Shown here piece by piece: positions 28,129 to 32,448 of a stretch of DNA of 32,448 nt. Below the pieces are notes generated by a model. The model worked only from the letters and a program-made list of their open reading frames with translations, was not told where the DNA came from and did no database searches. Source of the DNA: a virus (lineage: Duplodnaviria > Caudoviricetes); the IMG/VR virus record IMGVR_UViG_3300030330_004495, positions 1 to 32,448 of that record; one strand, given 5' to 3'. How positions within the stretch are numbered: position 1 is the first letter of the stretch; the number at the start of each line of letters is the position of its first letter. The position numbers and the translations under genes were made by a program.

Positions 28129-28166
28129 ATACGAATAGGGATACACTCCCACTATTCGTATTTAGG
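28129..28166 (-). promoter_or_regulatory. stem-loop in the regA leader overlapping a late-promoter-like CCTAAATA
   Basis: Perfect 10-bp inverted repeat ATACGAATAG (28161-28152) / CTATTCGTAT (28138-28129) with extra GGA/TCC pairing. CCTAAATA at 28166-28159. Confidence 0.65.
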
Positions 28167-28539
28167 AGCCTTGCATTTTCAGGACATACTGGTGAATACC
28201 GTCGATCTGCTCATCAGACAAAACCTTCATGGCTTCGAGTGCCTTTTTTGTGCCATAATCATAATAAAGTTTTACAGAGTCAAGCCTTTTGTCTTCGGCT
28301 TTCTTGATCCACCGGCTGAATCTTCGACGCTTTCTGATTGAATGCCGCAGATAGTCAAACTGCTCCTGCTTTCCCAGATCAGCATGAGTGTTCATCTCGT
28401 TGGCTTGCAGGATCGTGTCGGGGAAGTAGGAGAGACAACGATTGATGATGAAAGGAGCATATCCCTTCGCGGCTTCCTCGTCCGCGAAGAGATCATCCTT
28501 GGAGTAATTGATTGCGTTTAGGTAGTCGCCAAGTTTCAC
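28162..28539 (-). CDS. gp62: clamp loader small subunit gp62
   Basis: YLNAINYSK, Y.PFIINRCLSYFPDTIL.ANEMN, RKRRRFS.W, and synteny 44-62-regA. Confidence 0.93.
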   Translation of the reverse strand: MKLGDYLNAINYSKDDLFADEEAAKGYAPFIINRCLSYFPDTILQANEMNTHADLGKQEQFDYLRHSIRKRRRFSRWIKKAEDKRLDSVKLYYDYGTKKALEAMKVLSDEQIDGIHQYVLKMQGS

Positions 28540-29480
28540 TTGAACTCTGCCTCCATCATAATTTCAGTCAGACACGCCATCATATTGATCTCCGAGTCAG
28601 CGGCAAACGCAGCCTTGTATTGATAGTTTGCAAGAATCAGAATCACCGCTGGCACGGATTGTGGTTTTAGATTCTCACCCAACGAATCATAAATCTTACG
28701 ATAAATTTGTGCTTGCTCGTTGCTGCCGTTGTCAACCACCCAACCACGCAACTTGGAGAAGTCTTTGTTCTTCAAGATATCCATGAGCGAGTGAATGCCA
28801 ACATCACCGATCTCCGTCAGGATACCGACATCGATCTCACCGGAAGCAGAGTATCGTTGACACTCGTTCAGGATACGTCTCCAGTCAGGAGCATGACGCA
28901 TGATCAACTTAGCAATCACACGACCGTCATAGTGGATGCTCTCGCCCTGTAGGATGCCTTCCAGACGCTTCAAGAACTGTGACCCCATCTTCATCTGCTC
29001 GTCCTTTGTGAAGCGGAAGTCAACACAGGTGCATCGGGAATGTAGCGGCTCGATGATCCGATTCTTGAAGTTACAGGTCAGGACAAAGCGACAGTTGACG
29101 GAGAACTCCTCGATGAACCCACGCAAGGCAGGCTGAAAACTATTTGCATTTGCATAGTCAAACTCATCAAGGATCACGACTTTCTTATCACCAGTCAAAG
29201 ACTGAGATGTGGCAAAGTCACGAATCCGTGTTCGCAGCGTGTCGATGTTGCCATCTTCGGAGCAGTTGATCTTGATATACTCTGCACCCATCTCTTTGCA
29301 CATGGCAATCGCAGCAGTGGTCTTGCCACAACCCGGACCACCAGAAAACAAAAGATTGTGCATTTCACCAGAATCCACAATGGCTTGAAGTGTTTCTTTC
29401 AAGCCATCGGGAAGAATACAATCTTTGATTGATTGCGGTCGAAACTTCTCGACCCATAAGTGTTGTTCAGTCATCAGCAT
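28536..29480 (-). CDS. gp44: clamp loader large subunit gp44
   Basis: LWVEKFRP, GGPGCGKTT, ILDEFD, HSRC. Confidence 0.96.
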   Translation of the reverse strand: MLMTEQHLWVEKFRPQSIKDCILPDGLKETLQAIVDSGEMHNLLFSGGPGCGKTTAAIAMCKEMGAEYIKINCSEDGNIDTLRTRIRDFATSQSLTGDKKVVILDEFDYANANSFQPALRGFIEEFSVNCRFVLTCNFKNRIIEPLHSRCTCVDFRFTKDEQMKMGSQFLKRLEGILQGESIHYDGRVIAKLIMRHAPDWRRILNECQRYSASGEIDVGILTEIGDVGIHSLMDILKNKDFSKLRGWVVDNGSNEQAQIYRKIYDSLGENLKPQSVPAVILILANYQYKAAFAADSEINMMACLTEIMMEAEFK

Positions 29481-29769
29481 TTGTTACCTTTCGTGGCATA
29501 TGATAACCATGTTCCATAAAAAACTCAAACTCTTTTTCTCTTCCTTCTTGAACTTTATCGGTGAACTTACCATCAGGATCTACCCATGTGTATTCGTGAC
29601 AGATACTTTCATCTTTACCTTGAAGCAGATGTTCATTTAAACCGTTGAGATATTTTAATGCCCAAACTTTTTTTCCATTAGGTTGAGCCTCATTTATGAG
29701 TGTATATGCACTCACTTTATTTTTGATATATCCATCTTTATCGCAGATGTAATATGAGTTTAATTTCAT
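29467..29769 (-). CDS. hypothetical protein
   Basis: 100-aa AT-rich ORF exactly filling the gp45-gp44 gap, with a TAATG overlap. Confidence 0.7.
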   Translation of the reverse strand: MKLNSYYICDKDGYIKNKVSAYTLINEAQPNGKKVWALKYLNGLNEHLLQGKDESICHEYTWVDPDGKFTDKVQEGREKEFEFFMEHGYHMPRKVTNADD

Positions 29770-30458
29770 TAGAACATTCCGTTGTAAACAGAGTCACTGG
29801 TAACGGCAAGAGTATATTTGGCATCGATGTCCTTATGCTTCAACAGGATTGCCAACTTTTCGCACAGATTAAATTCATAGTCGCCCGGAAGAATCTTTAA
29901 CAACTCTGCCTTCATGTAAATCTTGAACGATGCACTCGATTCCATGTCGGTCGGAGTGACTTCGATCTCATACTTGTTGGTGGAGTTTGCTTTTTCTTTA
30001 TCAAACACAACCACCTTCACCTTGTTCTCTTCGTTCGTAAACATGATGTCGGGAAGTTGCATCACAGCAGACGCACGCAAAACATCGTTGATCTCTTGTT
30101 GCGATAAGTCAAAGGTCACTTTGATCTCAGGGAGATTCAACTTGTTCGGTGGTCGGCATCCCTCGACGAGTCTTGGGTCTGCGTAATTGTATTCACAAGA
30201 CTGGCGACCGGACTCGATGCGAAGCGATGTGCTGCCAAAGTCTACCGTTGGGTCATTGAACAAAGAGTAGGTTCCGAGAAACTGATTCAAGTCCCAGATG
30301 GCAAACTCGGTGGTAAAGTTTTCCTCAACGACTGCGTTGAACATTACGCTTTTGCCCACATTCACACAGACAAGTTCGTTGCCCGGAAGAACATGTAGGT
30401 TTGAGTTGATGCCTGCCATGCTTTTCAGGATGGCAAAGGTTTGTTTCGATAGTTTCAT
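29769..30458 (-). CDS. gp45: sliding clamp gp45
   Basis: MKLSKQTFAILKSMAGINSN, FAIWDLNQFL, YADP, LKILPGDY. Start at ATG 30458 with AAGGA (the ORF track starts at 30485). Confidence 0.95.
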   Translation of the reverse strand: MKLSKQTFAILKSMAGINSNLHVLPGNELVCVNVGKSVMFNAVVEENFTTEFAIWDLNQFLGTYSLFNDPTVDFGSTSLRIESGRQSCEYNYADPRLVEGCRPPNKLNLPEIKVTFDLSQQEINDVLRASAVMQLPDIMFTNEENKVKVVVFDKEKANSTNKYEIEVTPTDMESSASFKIYMKAELLKILPGDYEFNLCEKLAILLKHKDIDAKYTLAVTSDSVYNGMF

Positions 30459-30471
30459 TGTATTGGTTCCT

Positions 30472-30663
30472 TCAACCGTGGTCATCGTAGTAATCCTCTA
30501 AATCTTCCACATTGATTTTTCCGCTTTGCATATTGCGGATGATTTGGTGGTCATTGTTTCGCATCGAACGCTTTGTGCTAAACTTCTCGCCGCGATCTCG
30601 ACCGCCAAAGTTTTTTCGATCATTGTTCCTCTTGTTGTGCTTTTTCTTTTTCATTTTCAGCAA
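30472..30663 (-). CDS. small basic hypothetical protein
   Basis: K/R-rich N-terminus and acidic C-terminus. Fills the gap upstream of gp45. Confidence 0.55.
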   Translation of the reverse strand: MLKMKKKKHNKRNNDRKNFGGRDRGEKFSTKRSMRNNDHQIIRNMQSGKINVEDLEDYYDDHG

Positions 30664-31033
30664 TCTTTCTAAAATTCTCCTTTAACTCCTGAAACTCAGG
30701 TTGCAACTCAGTATACTCTGAAACACAGGCTGTGACAAGGGCATCTATCACAGAAATCAATTTATTTCTTTTCTCCTCAGAAAGCCAATCGTATTTTTTG
30801 TTTAGTTCTTCGTCCTCACCCTCATCAAGTTTGTAAAGTTCTAAAAAAGGCTCCGTAAAGACGTTTACAATCAAGTCTGTTTGTTTTTCATTCATTTTTT
30901 TTCTTTTTAGCGGCTTCACAAAGTCAGGCATTTCAAATTCTTTATCATCTAAAATGCTCTGGTAGCAATCGTCAAGCATCTCTGATAACTCATTGATTAC
31001 AGATTCGGCATATGCTAATTGTTTTTTATTCAT
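30620..31033 (-). CDS. hypothetical acidic helical protein
   Basis: 137-aa ORF with an ATGA overlap with the upstream gene. Confidence 0.7.
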   Translation of the reverse strand: MNKKQLAYAESVINELSEMLDDCYQSILDDKEFEMPDFVKPLKRKKMNEKQTDLIVNVFTEPFLELYKLDEGEDEELNKKYDWLSEEKRNKLISVIDALVTACVSEYTELQPEFQELKENFRKIAENEKEKAQQEEQ

Positions 31034-32046
31034 TTTTTTACCTTTTTACAAGACTTGTAGGCAGTTCTAATGATTTCACCAAAATTGTAAGAGGGTTCCC
31101 ATCCACTAATTTTTGTGAACTTGTTAGAGTTTCCAACAAGAGTTTCCGGCTCATTTTCATTTTTTGTAAAATGAGCAATTTCTATCTCAGACTGAGTAAC
31201 TTTTACGATTTCCTTCACAACCTCCCAAATAGAAGTTTTTCTTCCACTTGAGATATTGTAAACACCCGTAATATTTTTTTCCAAACAAGTTAAATGGGCG
31301 TTTGCAATGTCTGTCACATGAACAAAATCTCTGACCGGACTTCCATCGGGAGTGTTCAAATCCGTGCCGTACACTGGAAACTCTTTTTTACCATCAATGA
31401 TACTTAACATGATTTTTGGAATGACAGCATTGCTTTTTCTCCAGTTGATATCTGATACACGAACACCTATGTCGTTACCAGATACATTAAAAACTCTTAA
31501 AGATGCGTACTTAAATGATGGATTCATCTCTGCGTGTCTTTTGAGAATAGTCTCAAACATTAATGTTGCTTCTCCAAAAGATCCCATTGGTTTACACGGA
31601 TTTGTTTCACTAATAGATTCGTCTTTATTAGACTGCTTTCCATAAACTGATGAATTTGATGTGAATACAAAATTAGACACGCCAAACTTTCTCATCGTAT
31701 TAAGAAGAGTTATACCGCGTTCTATGATCTCACTGTAGTGATTCAAGGGGTCGTGATTTGAGTTGTAATCGTCTGGATGTGTGTCCGTATGAATTACAGA
31801 GCCAACATCTTCATTACTTATGATGCCTTCGATATACACATCATTTGTGACATCTGCGTTGAAAACTTTCAATCCTTTGTAACGTCGCAAACACTTCTGT
31901 AAATGCTTGCACGCTTTTTCATCACGATCAAGCACCACAACTTTATAACCAGCATCAAGACAGGCAAGCACGATATGACTACCAATGTAGCCTGCACCAC
32001 CCGTCACCAAAACACTTTTTTCTTTATCCATTCTTACTCCCACCAA
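31030..32046 (-). CDS. UDP-glucose 4-epimerase (GalE)-like SDR with a degenerate catalytic motif
   Basis: VTGGAGYIGSH, YGTD..TPDGSPVRDFVHVTDIA.AH. The YxxxK position reads FGEAT. The start is probably MDKEK. Confidence 0.8.
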   Translation of the reverse strand: MVGVRMDKEKSVLVTGGAGYIGSHIVLACLDAGYKVVVLDRDEKACKHLQKCLRRYKGLKVFNADVTNDVYIEGIISNEDVGSVIHTDTHPDDYNSNHDPLNHYSEIIERGITLLNTMRKFGVSNFVFTSNSSVYGKQSNKDESISETNPCKPMGSFGEATLMFETILKRHAEMNPSFKYASLRVFNVSGNDIGVRVSDINWRKSNAVIPKIMLSIIDGKKEFPVYGTDLNTPDGSPVRDFVHVTDIANAHLTCLEKNITGVYNISSGRKTSIWEVVKEIVKVTQSEIEIAHFTKNENEPETLVGNSNKFTKISGWEPSYNFGEIIRTAYKSCKKVKK

Positions 32047-32447
32047 ACTGGTGTTTCACGATTCTTCCATTTTGCAAAGTAAGCCTTTTCTCCTCTGTAA
32101 TAGTTTCGATAAGACTCGACGGAGCATTCTACCTTATACTGGTCAGGCATTGCAACGGCAAACTTTGTAAGTCCACCTTCTCTTATATTTATCGGCTCAC
32201 GATTAAAAAGATATTCAATAAGTGCCTGTGAGTTGTGAACCTTTTCATATCGGTGTGTGTATTCACGACAAAGTGCGAGAGCGTGTGTTGCGTGCCATCG
32301 ATAGTTCATGCGACTCTCCATCGTCCACTGCGTGCAGGGATGACCAACGAACGAAGCCTTCCAGAGTTTATCCTCTCGCTCGTCGCTCAGTCGCCAACGT
32401 TTGATGCGTCTATTATTTTTTGTTCGGTCGTAATATTCTTCACCATC
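32034..32447 (-). CDS. pyrimidine-dimer DNA glycosylase/DenV-related phage protein, C-terminal part (start lies beyond the window)
   Basis: The frame is open to the window edge: DGEEYYDRTKNNRRIKRW...HPCTQW..ES..NY.W...LC.EYT.RY.K.H...AMPD.YK.....YR.YY...K..FAKW. Confidence 0.7.
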   Translation of the reverse strand, partial: DGEEYYDRTKNNRRIKRWRLSDEREDKLWKASFVGHPCTQWTMESRMNYRWHATHALALCREYTHRYEKVHNSQALIEYLFNREPINIREGGLTKFAVAMPDQYKVECSVESYRNYYRGEKAYFAKWKNRETPVWWE

Positions 32448-32448
32448 G

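Noticed and set aside
26-32404. All plus-strand ORFs and short nested minus-strand ORFs in the track
   Set aside because: They overlap well-supported minus-strand genes that tile the window, and show no recognisable motifs.
1-32448. tRNA, rRNA or intrinsic terminators
   Set aside because: Intergenic gaps are under ~50 nt, and no cloverleaf or hairpin-plus-U-tract was seen by eye.

Overview
A densely packed segment of a T4-like (myovirus) phage genome with every credible gene on the minus strand. In transcription order (right to left) it holds: a partial pyrimidine-dimer-glycosylase-like gene, a GalE-like SDR with a degenerate active site, gp45, gp44, gp62 and regA. Between regA and gp43 lies a ~22.8 kb insert. 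It carries an SNase-family nuclease and a 15-gene sugar-nucleotide and glycosyltransferase cluster (GT25, GT11, FkbM, GT10-like, GMD-like, C-methyltransferase, GT9-like, DUF6165, GT-A, formyltransferase, DegT, Zn-dehydrogenase, STELLO/RGP-like, GME, GT2-TPR). That cluster runs straight into a Gly-X-Thr collagen-like fibre gene and four beta-helix/lectin/adaptor-type proteins, followed by dUTPase, DUF1599 and an MjaI-like endonuclease. After the insert come gp43 DNA polymerase, a second endonuclease-like ORF, DUF4385, uvsX and the start of gp41. The main candidate system is a phage-encoded O-glycosylation pathway for a BclA-like virion fibre. Other signals are orphan restriction-like nucleases flanking gp43, catalytic-residue substitutions in two SDRs, three sigma70-like promoters sharing a 16-nt spacer, and a hairpin overlapping a late-promoter motif in the regA leader. 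All family calls come from motif recognition by eye, not from database searches.
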